Part shown: piece after piece, positions 51,181 through 64,000 of the stretch | Layout: every line of letters begins with the position of its first letter | Position numbering within the stretch: the first letter of the stretch is position 1 | Origin: Phoronis australis | Lineage: Eukaryota > Animalia > Phoronida | Assembly: GCA_002633005.1 (NCBI GenBank) | Contig: NMRA01000141.1 | Coordinates: 359,609-423,608 of the forward strand | Length of the DNA: 64,000 nt | Direction of reading: 5' to 3' | Translations under genes and position numbers: made by a program | Notes under the pieces: model-generated | What the model was told of the DNA's origin: nothing | Seen by the model: the letters and a program-made list of their open reading frames with translations, nothing else | Database searches by the model: none

Positions 51181-53282
51181 ATATGCTTCGTTGTCTGTGC
51201 ACGTTCACGGAACCTCTCTATAATTTCTTGATCGCTGTATTCTTGTGAAACCTAACAACCGACCTGTGAAGTCTTGTCGGATGAGCACTCGTCTAAGTCG
51301 GGATTTGGGTTGCGAGAGTTGCCACGTCGACGTTAATTATGCGTTCTGTTTCAAAATGAATTATTCTCACCCTAACCAATGCTTTTGTGAAACTGAAGCA
51401 AAGTCCGTCTCATTAGATACAATTTGTAATGCCTTAGAGTGTTCCTGAGTGCAAATGTTTTGAGAAGACGGCAATGAATAAATCGCTGTGTTACAGGCTT
51501 TAGATGCAATAAACCGGCTAATTGACCCCCCCCCCGCGCCGAGGCCGTGTGAACGTATGCTAATTCAGTGTTTGCTGACAGAAAGCTACTGTGATACAAT
51601 AACTCCATTTTATATCCTGTGGTCAGATGTTAGGGGAATCTTTATATACATATTCATACACATAATTTGAATCATTGTTACTGCAAAACCTTTGCCCTGA
51701 CGGTTCTATGGAAGGGTAACCTGACTTCGTCCCCCTCCCACAGACGAATACTTCGAATTTATCAACAGACCCCAAACGCCCATGACCGACCTTGGTAAAC
51801 TGGCCTACCGAACTTTATACGCTACGGTACATTCAAATACCTAAAAATCCATAACAGCGAAATAAAATAATACACTTGTTCCATAACTTGATGTATTTGT
51901 AAGGGTTTTACATCGAATTTTAATGATTTCTTGGTGCAAAACAATGAATTCAAGCAACAAGCTGACACCAGTAAGCGTGTTGTGAACTGCTGAACAGACT
52001 GCATTCAAACCTCTGACGTCATTGGTTAATTTCAACACCTCCGTCTGCCGTCAGGTAAAAGAGCTGTCAACTCGCTGTTATCAAGTGCAACTACTCCATC
52101 TAAACTGATACAAAACAGGTTGTTTTTTGGGTGGTATTCTCCTCTAACTCTATAATCCTGTCTAGCTGCCCCTCATGACTTGTATTTACAAACATCCCAG
52201 CCCAAGCTTCTCCCTCATTGGTTAGTTTTGTATTTGGCGTGCATTCTGATTGGTCGAATAGGTTCACTTGCATGTTATATGTTATATCTATATACTATCA
52301 CACCAGAAGCTTTTAATACTTCATACTGAACACGTTTTTTTTTCTATGAACCACATATGGTTACGCAGAAGAACAACTAAATTTGGCTGACTCTGGAACA
52401 TCATATATCAGAAACAGTCAAGAGTCATGCAACACTTTCATGTAGCTATGCTTCACACACTTTTCCCCAAAATGTTATTAGTAATTGTTTTCAAAATGTT
52501 TCACGTTTACAAAAATGAATACTCAAAGTTGCATAAAACAAAAATGAAACGATATTTTAGAAAACTGGAACAACATTGTTGAGATAGATCTCACCTTGAA
52601 TATTTATATCAAATAAAATGATATGATCATGTTACTGACACCATTGTTTTACTATCAATGCGCTTTTCTTTTTTTGCTCAACTTTGCTAAAAATACGACA
52701 TCACATTACCCCCTTAATGTCAAAAATCAAAGTCTACTTTAAGAAACACATGCAGTACATTTATTGAGTTAAAATCTATCGTGTTGTACACATATAGTTA
52801 ATTGCACAGATCTACATAACCTTAGGGGTGGAAGGTACTACAGACATCAAAGTTCACCCATGAGGATCTACATTTTTTAAAGTGACGTACAATGTTCAAA
52901 TAATCAACAGAACGAAATGCATAGAGTAGGAAAATTTGGATAACATGTTTAAAAAAATATCAAAACGTTTACCATGTTTGACAGCAGCAAATGCCTCAGT
53001 ACAGTGAAAATAATTTGGAAACTGAATTTTCTTGATTCTGAAGATTGAGCAAAGGCAGTTTTGGTGTCAATCATATTTGTCAAATGATGGACATAGCACT
53101 TTAGATCAAGAGTTTGAAAATAGACATGGCAGTACAAAAAATCATTGAAAATGGCAGGTGAAACAATGCGTAAATGTGTCCTCAGAGTGTGTAACCATCA
53201 AGATCAATGTCTTTTGTGGTTGATTGTAATTTTCAAATTTATTCCTCCCCATAAATACTGCTTTCCCACTGACTACATAAAG

Positions 53283-53731
53283 GGGCTCTTTCATACTAGA
53301 TTAACTCCGGGATGAGAGGAGCGTCAAATAAACTGCCAAGTTCATTGAACTGTTCATACCAGCACTGGTAGTTAATGGCATCGACGTAAATGGTAGGTGA
53401 TGATATCATCGAAGAAATCGCAAGTAACACTGGTAGGTTTTTCGTCCTGTGCGCTATAAGAGTTAATAATGTGACAATTTGAGAATATTCACATGTGATA
53501 ATTGATATAAAACTTTTTTTAAATTACTGCCCTTTAATTATTGATGATAACAGTGACCCCTGGTGATAACTTTGGTGAGACTGAAGTTGACAGTTCATAC
53601 TGCAGCGTCAACGCTCCTTTGTTAAATCCACCTGTTTACTGCGAAGTTACCTGGCACTGGACTGAAGTTTACCATTCATACTGATCACAACTTCGCAAAA
53701 CATTGACGCAACTGTTAGTATGAAAGGGCCC
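53283..53731 (-). mobile_element. MITE family A copy (inverted)
   Basis: TIR GGGCTCTTTCATACTA / TAGTATGAAAGGGCCC; shares ttaaatccacctgtttactgc with the reverse complement of copy 1. Confidence 0.75.
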
Positions 53732-54140
53732 AAAGTAAAAAACCTGCATGGCATATCTTATGATAATAAAGATTATCAACCACATTAAATTTCCAGAGTT
53801 ACCCCTGAACCGAATATTAACAGCCATCACAATAAATATCGGAAGCTAAACGAATTAAGACCACAAGTGGCATACGTTTTGACCTTTTAAACAAAATGGA
53901 GTCGAACAAGATGACCGTGCAAGCTGCATTGCTTACAGACTTATCAGGATTGCAGTTTGGACTGGAGATGAGTTTCAACTTCTGACTTTGTGGGAGCTCA
54001 TGATATGTTTCACAGCAAGACATGCAATGCTAACACTAACCGCTGACTTACACTGAATGGCACATAATAGCACGAAACTGATGCACTCTCACCAACTCTG
54101 GTCGAACTGATAAAACCTTTTGCTGCTGTAACAATGCTTA

Positions 54141-54617
54141 AGGACTAAAGGCCCGTGGGAGAGTCGACGTAAACAGCGTAGTTAACTGGACCGTTCATAC
54201 TGGCTTCGGTAGTTAATGAACATTGAAGTAAACGGTTGGCGATGCTGTTGTCATCGAAGTTATCGCAAGGTAGCACTGCACGCTAAGATTTTTTCAATAT
54301 GACAATTTGGGAACATTTATATGTGCTAAATGACATTAAACTTACTTTTAAATCGATTGGTTACTATTAGAGCAAAATATAAGTAGCTATTAGTGACGGC
54401 ACTAACTTGTAACTGTTGACGATAACAGTGGCACCTGGCAATAACTTCGATTGGACCATTCATACAGAACCGCAGCGTCGACGCTGCGCTATTAAATCCA
54501 CCTGTTAACTGTGATGTTAACTGGAGCTGTTAACTGCAATCCCGGACCGGAGTTAAGCATTCATACTGACTGCAACTCCCCAAACTATCGACGCATCGAC
54601 ATTAGTATGAAAGGCCC
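54141..54617 (-). mobile_element. MITE family A copy (inverted, left TIR damaged)
   Basis: Ends TTAGTATGAAAGGCCC|TTA; extensive homology with 16860-17368 and 53283-53731. Confidence 0.7.
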
Positions 54618-55659
54618 TTAATACAATGCTGCATTAAATTTTACACTAGTGGCTAATCTCACCTTCTGAACCATAGAATTTAATGCTATATTAAACATAG
54701 TATGGTCATGGTCAGAAAAGAATGTTAAAGCTGGAGGAGTGATTCAATGAGACAGCAGTTAGTGCGACATCTAGGTGAACATTCTTTATGGTTGATTGTA
54801 ATTCCTGAATTTGTTGCTTTTTTAGGGTTCACTTCATCAAGTTAATCTCCTCGTGATTCTTAGACAGCTGAAATTTCAAACCAAGACTTGCCTTAAAATG
54901 CAGAACAAGAAGAGCACCATTTGCCAAAAAACGAGAACAACAATTGCCACAAAAAATTCAAAACACACCTGGGTTCTACTTGAGCAAAATTCAAATGTGG
55001 TGCAAATTGTGCATCACTTTTTGCAAGCTGAAATAGTGCATTTGCGTGATGAACCTTTGTAAAACCAATTACATCCACTATTTAAGCACGTAGACAGCTT
55101 CTCCATCCCAACCACAGCAGACAAATGGCTTAACACCGCATGGCACAGCCAGTGACCCATTAAGTGTCATAAAAGAAAAAAGAACATATAAACCACGTAT
55201 AGCTGAAACCGACAATTTTCACGGAACTGGTATAACAAAATTCTCCAAAATACAAACCATTTTTCATTATTGTGTGATAGAAGGCAATGCAGTTGGTTTC
55301 AGAGGGTGAGCCATTAAGGCATTGTACGTAAAATGGGGCCGGCTTAATGACTGATGAAAATTATTTGTAAGTAGACATGACCCCGTAGAAAGTTGAATCC
55401 TATTAGGAAAGGTCCAACCAAAAACAGTATATGGTGTACTCTTTTTGAATTTGACAATAACTATGTATAAGCCATCAATAAATCTGAGCAGCAAAAGAAT
55501 TATAACAACAACTAGAAATGTCTCCAGAATCTCGCTGTATTTACCCACAATGCCATAAACCTCCGTTAGGCGCATTTGCAGCTTATTTTCATACCACTGG
55601 ATTTATTTGTTGTTGCCTGATTCTTTTCAAGTTTTTCTGTAACTATGTTCGTCCTTCCA

Positions 55660-55800
55660 ATGCCAGCGAAGTCCTACTGCTGAGCTGTGGGCTGCAACTC
55701 TGACGTGAGAAAGTTCGATAAACTGGACAAATACCCGTGGATGCGTAATCTCAAATTCTTCGCCTTCCCGACATCAATGAGAGACACGAAAATGTGCCTG
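55660..55800 (+). pseudogene. THAP domain N-terminal fragment of a third DNA-transposon relic (approx. 55373-55935)
   Basis: MPAKSYC*AVGCNSDVRK...LKFFAFPT contains the THAP CxxxGC and FFxFP motifs. Weak degenerate inverted ends: agacatgaccccgtagaa / ttctatgggacgccatgtgt. Confidence 0.6.
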
Positions 55801-58800
55801 ATTTCAAAAACGAGGCCATGCGCTTTCTTATCTCTGGGACAAAGGAGAGTTCCATCGCTGTGTAATTCGGTACGGCACTATTGTCACAATCTTCAGCTGC
55901 CGCAACACTCACTCATTCTATGGGACGCCATGTGTGACAATATTTTGCAATAATTAGCTATCCTAGGTTCGGAATGATCAGTATCAACCAATTTAAATTG
56001 AGCAGAGTGAATAAAAACTTCAGTGTTCCGCAAATTTGGAACACCCACACAAAGCTAATATGGTCACGCAAAAATCACAAACTTCAAACAGGAATAAATC
56101 AAGAGAGTGCCGGTAAATCCTGCAGCTGAATCAAGCCCTGAACTCCAATTGGTCCATTCTTTTATGACGAATAACTAAGAATAAACACTGGCTGCATTAA
56201 AACAAAAACAAAGGGTTCTGCCACAAAATAATAGTGGCGCTGCATTGGGTTTTAATGAAGCGATGTTTAATTACATAAAAGTGAGGTGTTAGAGTTAAAT
56301 AAACATCACAAATCCCAAACATTAGGAACAGTTCAATGAAATTTTATACCTGGAAATTGCTAAGAAAACACAGACATCTGTGAAATATATTGTGAGCATT
56401 ATGATGTTCCATTTGATGCCAACAACCAATACTCAGTGATCCTATTGAAAAGCCAGTCAGTGACAATGACTGGCCAACTGTATTCAGACATGTACACCTA
56501 ATGATAGTCCAGTGTTTCAATAATATGAAGGCTTTGAATCAGCAGCTTGTTTTTCTTTTATACGATTATTCAAAAAATGTAAGGTACGATACGATAAAAT
56601 CACACCAATTTCAGATAAACTAATCACTAAAATTGCCTTTTTTCACTTTTCAAAGGATTCAAACATAAAGGGTACGAATGCCCCAATTTTTCGAAACCTT
56701 GTTCAACAGTAGCTGTGTGTCACAGGACTTGAACATGAGAAAGCATCCATTTGGTACTACGTGTCTTTCATAGACAAAATGGGAAAATAAAAGTTCGCCT
56801 GTCGGCCAAAGTGTGTCCTAAACTGGTGAGATCGTACCAAAACTGGCGTTGGGACAAGAAAGCATAACGTATATCTGTACAGCGTAGTTTGCTGTGTCAT
56901 GTCATCAATTCAAAACCTGTTACCTTCAGGTCACTTCCGATACTTAATCAGGCCAATTTCAAAGGACACTGTTTCCAGGAACATACCGGTAATTCACTGA
57001 TAATGTTTTAACCTAGTGTTCTCATTAGGCATACACCAAAGCATCAAAAACACAGTCGCCAACTGGGTGACAGTCAGAAAATCAAGTCGCCTATCGTAAA
57101 GTTTGGTTGCCCACTTTTAAGGTAATAAAATCCATTACATTTTAAGATTCTAAAGTACCATTTCTTGTTGGCACAGTCGGTGAAATTACTACCACACGTT
57201 GATTAAAAATCATTAGGTTACTAGACAGATATCGACAGCTATTCAAATAGTCTGATCAAGTGAGATTTCCCATTCTACCAAGAAAATACGTGTTTCGCAC
57301 AGCGAGAGATTCCGTGTAACACATTGATCATGACCTTTGTATCACACAATGACCTGATACATTCTAAAACCTTTTGGGTCTGGATTCGTTCTGTGGCTGA
57401 GGGCGGTCACGGAAACTCTTTGATCTAGTTCGAGTGATGTAGTTGGGCCTCCACTCACATGCTGATGCTGTGGCGAGTTGTGTTCACAATGTTGTTAAGA
57501 TTCCATATCAGTTCTTGTGATATAGGACATAAGGCAATAATTATGTTTAAGTTGTGTTTGTGCACTAGTGATTGTGGCAACTCAGCATTTGAACACACTG
57601 TGGCTCTTTTCACTTTACCGCCGGACATCAGAGCACTGATATGACATATTAGTTTGTACAAAAAAAATTGCGTATTGGTGAACGCCACCTACTGGCGCTG
57701 TTTGCGTGAGTTCATAATGCCACACTCATGTCCACGGAGCTAAGAAGCTTTTGCTTAAAGTCGCTTTTCTTCAATGTTCTCGATTTTGAGATATTGAATT
57801 AACGGTTGTGATAGGCAGAGCTATAATAGAAGTCTTAATGATGCTGACAATGTAGTCACTTGTCAAAACAAGGTAAATGGTGATATTAAGCACTTTAATG
57901 TCTGTCTGCAGAGAGGCTCAATGTCCAACTACAACCAGCACAGAGAGCAGACAACTTACTTATTTCAACTCCCACGAAGAACAATAGAGCACTCAACCAC
58001 AGTGAAAATTTGCTCACCACATGGGTGACAAACAAGCCAATGAATTTCTACTCAACCAGTGTCTATTTAGGAACTGGGCAAGTGGTCAAGTATATACTTG
58101 GTGTGCGGTACTGACTAACACGCTCGAATTTTGAGCACTCAGATTTGACAACCACCCTTAAATGTTTTGCCACCATGCTTGAAATGTTTTATTGTCTTAT
58201 CAATAGTAAATATCCACAGCTTTCAGTGGTCTTGTCCTGCCAAATGGTGAATCATTTTTCAATCTGAATCTACCATTTCATTATCGAATTATTCACAAAA
58301 ACTTTAACAAAAAACGTCGTCTCACCTATGGGACTTAGCTGAACACTGCGAATAACAGTGTTTCGTAGTTTGTGCTACACTCAGTTTTAATCCTGCTGAG
58401 TACATTGTTAGCCTCGCGAGTCCGCCTTAAGAACGAACACGCAATAACCCAAATATAGACATTTTTCTGAATTAGCACCTGAGGCCAACAGGAAAAACTA
58501 TCGGCATTACCATAGTTACGATAATATTACCTCAACATTTCATCAGCATAAAACCCATCATCACAAAGAATCAATTGTGATCAAAACATGTAAATCTATA
58601 TCGCCTGGACTCTTGCAGTACCGCTTGACAATTTCCAGGTAAGCCAACCAATTTTCTTAATACTCAAGCACCTATACCATAAGCACTAATAAACAGACTT
58701 AAGTGAAACGAATGGATTACAAGCAAAAGATAAAGAAAATTGACTCACAATATCTCGGTGGCAGGAGCAGACTTCATGATGTTCTTATAAAGCCAGTCCA

Positions 58801-61800
58801 ATAAGAAACAGACTTCACACTTAACTGTCACAAGGCATATGTATGTACTCCAACCAGCTGAGATCAACAATAACTGTGACCCATTACCTCAGCATAACCT
58901 TTGACCCTATCTCTATTGCCTCTGCATCACAGTTAGTTATTGTTCATGTTTCAATAAACCCAACACATTTAACTAAGTACAGTAAGGGTTAAAAAACAAC
59001 AAACAGCACGTACTCATTCATCACTTTGAAAGACAATAACATTTATTATAGTTGAGCAGTTAACATGAATTCTTGCCAAATAAATAACCAATAAATAAAA
59101 GGGGCTTTGTTGATGAAATAACATTGCAACTCCCTTAGGAAGTGTTCATAAATTTCATGGTGTTGCAACTCAAAGATCTCCTTACTGGTAAGGGTAATTG
59201 TGAAACGACCAGATTGCTAGAAATAGGAATCATTCCCTAGAAAGGAACGACAGCTGTAAACTGTTGTCAGTGAAAATAAAATAAATTTATTGGGCAAAAA
59301 CTGAGTCAAGTGCAAAACATCACTAGAGAGGTATCTAATAAAATGTTTACATAATGTTCTTCTTGAATTAACCAGAGTACTTCCTTACTTGAGCCATGCA
59401 CTTGATGTATATATGCTGTAATTACAGCAGCAAGGCTACTAAATTATTAAAGGTTCATGCACCACCATACTTAAAGCCACAGCGAACCATGTTTTGGTGT
59501 TAAAAGCGTCAACTTCTTTCACAGGTATTTGCTGTTGCAAAGACATTTCACTGTGTTCTTATCCTCTGTTAGAATTGAAACCAGGTGAAATGAAAGGCCC
59601 AGAATTCCAGCCTGATGGCCATATTGTCATGGCAACACTAACACAATGCAAGGGTCCAGGTCTAAAATAATAATGACTCATCAGCCGTTTTCATGCCTTT
59701 AAAAAACTTATAAGCCGATTAAAGAACAAAATGAGAGCAATTTTGTAATAATAAGCTTCTTAGATCAAAAGTTGCTTTTTGTCACAAATTTATAGACCTT
59801 ATTCACACAGTCACCATTTAAGTAGTGAGCGTCTTTAGGTTTAAAACACAATGCATTTGCAATGCAATATCACGAAGCATGCAAAGAAATCAAACAGCAA
59901 GGCAAGTTGCCGACGTGAAAGTTGAATCAGTGCTCTCTAACTGACACGTGCATTCGAGTAGCTAAGTTTGCGATGTGAAGAAGGAGAAAATGCGCAATGA
60001 AAAAGTATCCGGGATTTTGCTAGGTCTGACCTGCTACTGTCTGTCATCAAAGTCGTTAATGATTCAAACTAACTTGGAGTGCAAATTCCCTCCACTTTTT
60101 GTTCGCAGCCCTAATTTTGCAACTTAACTCGACGTTTGAAAAACATCTGTCTCTGTCAAAGACTCCGTGAAACAATGCCCTAACCAAATGACCTATTTGG
60201 ATGCGCGGGAACAATTCAGTGCAAATTTCACAACAAAATGTGGTACTTATGCTGTTTACGTACTCAACAATTAGTTTTCCATGAAATGAATAGCCTCAAA
60301 ATAATTCCCGACTCCCTCCGTGCGGGTTTCCATCAGGTAATGATGAGTTTGCTCCTCAATATACCTTCTAAGCACAGTCACAAAACAACACGCAGGTGAC
60401 TTAGTGTTAACTTTCTTTCGGAGGTATGAAACAAAGCCGGGATTTTGTTTTTACATATTGAGAAGATGTTGTTTGAAAACTGAATTTGTTGCGTTTTGAG
60501 TGTGACACACCATATAGGCTGCGTGTAAATTTTAAACCACGCGGGGTCGTTTGTAGTGCGCTGTGATGGGCGCTAGCCTGAACTGTGGGCGCTCAGTTGG
60601 AATTTCTCAAAAGTAGAGTGTGGTTGTGCCTTTTTGGAGTGCATTTTACGCTGCTGTCCTGTATTCACACAGTATGAATAACACACCGGTTAAATCGTCC
60701 ACATGTGTGTGTGCATCAGTACATGTATTTGCGGCTATTAAACCGCATTACTGCACAAACAAAATATTTGCTGTCACACTCCTAACAAGGCTAAAAACCG
60801 TTCATAGTCCCCCATTTTCTTTCTTTGTTGTAAAGTTAACCAATGACTGCCGAGGTTATATCAACCACTGATAAAAGTCTATCACCAAAAGTAGATATTT
60901 CTTGTCTGTAGGCTCTCAAGCAGGCTACAGATTACCATAGACAGATTTTCTGATTTTTACCCTTAGCCTGATTTCATGAAAGAGGTTAAGCCATCCGCAG
61001 ACTGATTTTTAACACAAAGTCAAAAGACAATAGAATCTTCGTAAACAGATCCTTGCGGTATAAGCGCTTTGGTAGCCGACAAAGTAATTTAAACACAATT
61101 AATAATGTCAAAGCAAAATTGCTCATCAAACAAAATTAAATAAATGGTGCGCGGATGCAAATGAAGCTGCTGCGTTGGCTCAAGTCTCACTGTGGTCATG
61201 TATTCCACAAATCATTCAGAGACACTAATAACATAGCTAATAAAAATCTCTCTTCGTTAATGTTTACCAAAACAACCCAATCGAAAGGTTTCATTTTTGT
61301 GTTAACAATTTCCTTGAATAGCTAACACATGCACCACCTGGGCTTTTACTCTAGTCGGCTTCAGAAAGAGAGACGAGGAGAAACGAGTGGTGAAGATAGG
61401 AGTTTCGGCTAGTTACAGTGTCACGTGCTTAAATATACCTACAATGCATCACAGAGTTTTTTACTCTAGTTGAACGTTGTAATGGGGCAAAACTTTACAG
61501 TGCAAAAGAAGTTCAGTGTTACATTCCCTGTGCAGAAATCAGAAACAGATAAATAACAAACCGCCCACCCACTAGGGCACTATAGGATAAGAATTAGTTG
61601 CACTGAGCTGAAAACTCAATCATCTTGCTTGACTAACTTTTTAAGCAGGCAAAACAAGCCAAGAATGATTAGATGAAAAATCAATAGGTTTGTAAATAAA
61701 TATCAATTCACTTCACTAGCAATGGATGGGTTGCCATTACTTATTGAAACTGGTAAACAGCAAGGAAAATAATGACTCAAAGAAAGCAATTAAGGAGAAG

Positions 61801-62454
61801 TTTGCAATATTCTTGAAAACAGTTACATTCGAGTACATTTGGCTGCTTGAGAGCATGACTCACAAAATAATTCCCATATATTTTTTTTAATATACACAGT
61901 TTGCAAAAAATGACAATTTGCTAAGAAAGGCGATATACACAAGACTACAGAGAAAAATACAAGAGCATTCTGAAGAGTAACACTTGGCAAAATCGAATGA
62001 AAGTTTAAAGGTGAGGTAGACAATGAAACCAAGACGACTAACAACCATAACCCCCAGGCCTTATTACACAAATGCACACAGAATGAAAAATCATTAAAAG
62101 TGTATTGAGGAATTAGGCAATAGGAGACAATCATCAAACAAGAAAAAATTCTCAAATAATTCAAGAACCTAAATCGTAACAAGAAACCAATAACGTACGG
62201 CAGATAGCCCTCCAGGAGATCTATAGTTGCTTTTAAACGAGAGACAGCCAATGGAGCAACTCACACGGAACAGTTGATTGGGTACAAGTGTGTGCATAAA
62301 CATGACTGACACGGCACAGGCTGACACGGCAGCGGCCATTTTTGACACCCGTTTGGTAGTTAGAAAGAGTTGCACTCAATCAGCTGCTACAGTTTCAATT
62401 ACATGTTTAAATACAACAGAGGCAGGGTGGAAAGGAATCATCAAAAGATTTCTA

Positions 62455-62900
62455 TCCTATCAAGATGGTTTAGGGGGGGGGTTGCACTGTTTAGTGTAAA
62501 TGGCCTCTTTGATCTTGCGGGAATGCCAATGTTCCCCCCTGGTAAGAACTAGAAAGTACTGTAGATATTGATAGTGTGGTTAGATAAAACTAAGTGGTCA
62601 CCGATAGCAAGGTTTATCCATTTTTTGTGTTCAGCTAAGTGAGTGTCGAGAGCACATATAGTCACACCGATGTATGCGTGAGAACGATCCTCGGGTCACG
62701 TTGGATTTGATAAACAACACACGACTGCTTCTCAAGCGGGGTGACATCCCGAGGTTTAACGAGCTGACTGCGATGAGTGTTGATGGATTTAAAATAAGTG
62801 TTGACTTGCATGACGTCTAAAAGCGTGATGTAGTTTGTCAAATAATGAGTAACTGATTCAGTGCAACTCGCTCTGCCTATCAAACCAGTGCGGATGCTCG
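62455..62900 (-). pseudogene. Penelope-like retroelement fragment (GIY-YIG endonuclease)
   Basis: TYFKSINTHRSQLVKPRDVTPLEKQSCVVYQI / YIGVTICALDTHLAEH (YIG at 62674-62666) / AIGDHL..NHTI / HWHSRKIKEAIYTKQCNPPLN, with frameshifts. Confidence 0.85.
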
Positions 62901-64000
62901 GTATCACTTGCTCTGTGTCAGTCATGTTTTAACATACACACTTTTACTGGATCAGCTGTTCCATGTTAGCTACGACATGTCAGCTGTCTCCCATGTAAAG
63001 GGGGGTTTACTAAACCTTAACTGAGGTAAGTAACCACAGGTGGCCGAGTCCAATAGACTAGATTTAAAGGTGGAACTAATTATCAGCTGCAGGCTTGCAC
63101 GACTTGCCCCCCACACCCCCACATGCCCTGTCAAGGCAAAAAACATGATCACATGACCCAATTAATAGCACATTGGTATAAAGTCAAAAATCAAAAATCA
63201 AATTCTACATGTCTTCGACTTTCAGAATAAATATTTTTATACCACAATATCATCCTCGATTTTTAGCCAGTTCAACCGTGTAATAACCCATTTAGTTATC
63301 TCACGAGTGAGATAACATTTTGGCGGAAATCGAGGCCTGGTTTCGACCCCGGTCCGCAAGAGTTTCCAGTCGTCGACTTAACTACTGCACCACTCAGCGG
63401 CTGATGTCATCGAACGTGAAAACAGAATACTTAGATAAGTACGCGCAACAATCGCATGTTCAACCAGGCATTGTACCGACATTTATATGCTATGAAAAAT
63501 AAGACGCATAATTTCCATAAAAATGATATTTTAATTCAGTGAAATTTATCTCTCATATTCTCTCACTTGTAAATCACCAATCTCCAATTTGAATGCGGGT
63601 ATCGTGTCGTCAGGATCCTTCAACTTGAGCATTATACTCAGTTACCAGTGGTAACCTACTTTAGCAGACGATATTTTCTCGGTTGAAGCTTTAAGCGTGA
63701 TAAAATGTGTAGTAAGCTATAATAGTTGCTAAGCCTCAATTTACAGATTCACTTTCCTTCCGTTTTGTTTAAATTTTCAATTGTTTTTGAGTAAAAGCAT
63801 TATTTGACAAAAATAGCTTGGCTTTTCCAAAAGGTCACGACCTCTGACCCCGGGCCTGACATAGAAAGTAGTTACAAAGCCGAGGCGAGTCGAGAAATGT
63901 AGATCGATTCATCGCAATTTTTCTCGTTCAGTATGTGGTATAAATAGATTATGTCATGTTCTCAGTCGCTATCCCCATTATCTAGAGCCCTCGAGGATTT

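Larger units (their letters stand above)
50384..52143 (+). mobile_element. Internally deleted Kolobok DNA transposon with 16-bp TIRs and a doubled left terminus
   Basis: TTAA|AGGAGAATGCCAC at 50380-50396 and again at 50424-50443 (AGGAGAATGCCACCCA). Right end TGGGTGGTATTCTCCT (52128-52143) is followed by CTAA. Contains THAP and KolX-like remnants. Confidence 0.8.

Noticed and set aside
58749-58800. Possible first exon MKSAPATEI with a GTGAGT donor (also a donor at ~1435)
   Set aside because: Donor-like site only. Phase 2 does not fit the next strong exon (phase 0) and there is no other support.
59793-60882. Possible ISL2EU/Harbinger-like element with ATAGAC...GTCTAT ends
   Set aside because: The terminal match is short and degenerate, with no second copy or coding remnant in the window.

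Overview
AT-rich eukaryotic (animal) genomic DNA with assembly Ns, not prokaryotic. The repeat landscape suggests a marine invertebrate, possibly a deuterostome (inference only). No complete protein-coding gene is present. Most of the window looks like the long, intron-rich 5' part of a minus-strand host gene. It has one clean 180-bp exon (27114-27293) encoding a duplicated RxRxxS motif, a 123-bp exon (10243-10365) and several short ATG-initiated phase-0 candidate alternative first exons. The host is tentatively an AMPK gamma / PRKAG2-SNF4Agamma-like gene (weak similarity). The introns are dense with transposon relics. Two are Kolobok-type (TTAA) elements: one is built from two inverted 5' ends that include the THAP start codon, and one carries convergent THAP-transposase and KolX/P2X7-ballast-like pseudogenes plus a doubled left end. 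Others include a third THAP fragment, Harbinger-like MITE families, a Tc2/pogo MITE, a CACGGGTG-ended TIR element, hAT-like MITEs, a tRNA-SINE with TSD and 3' hairpin, degraded L1/Tx1 LINEs and a Penelope GIY-YIG fragment. Tandem and low-complexity repeats and a likely haplotype-overlap artefact are also present. All alignments and family calls were made by eye; no database searches were run.
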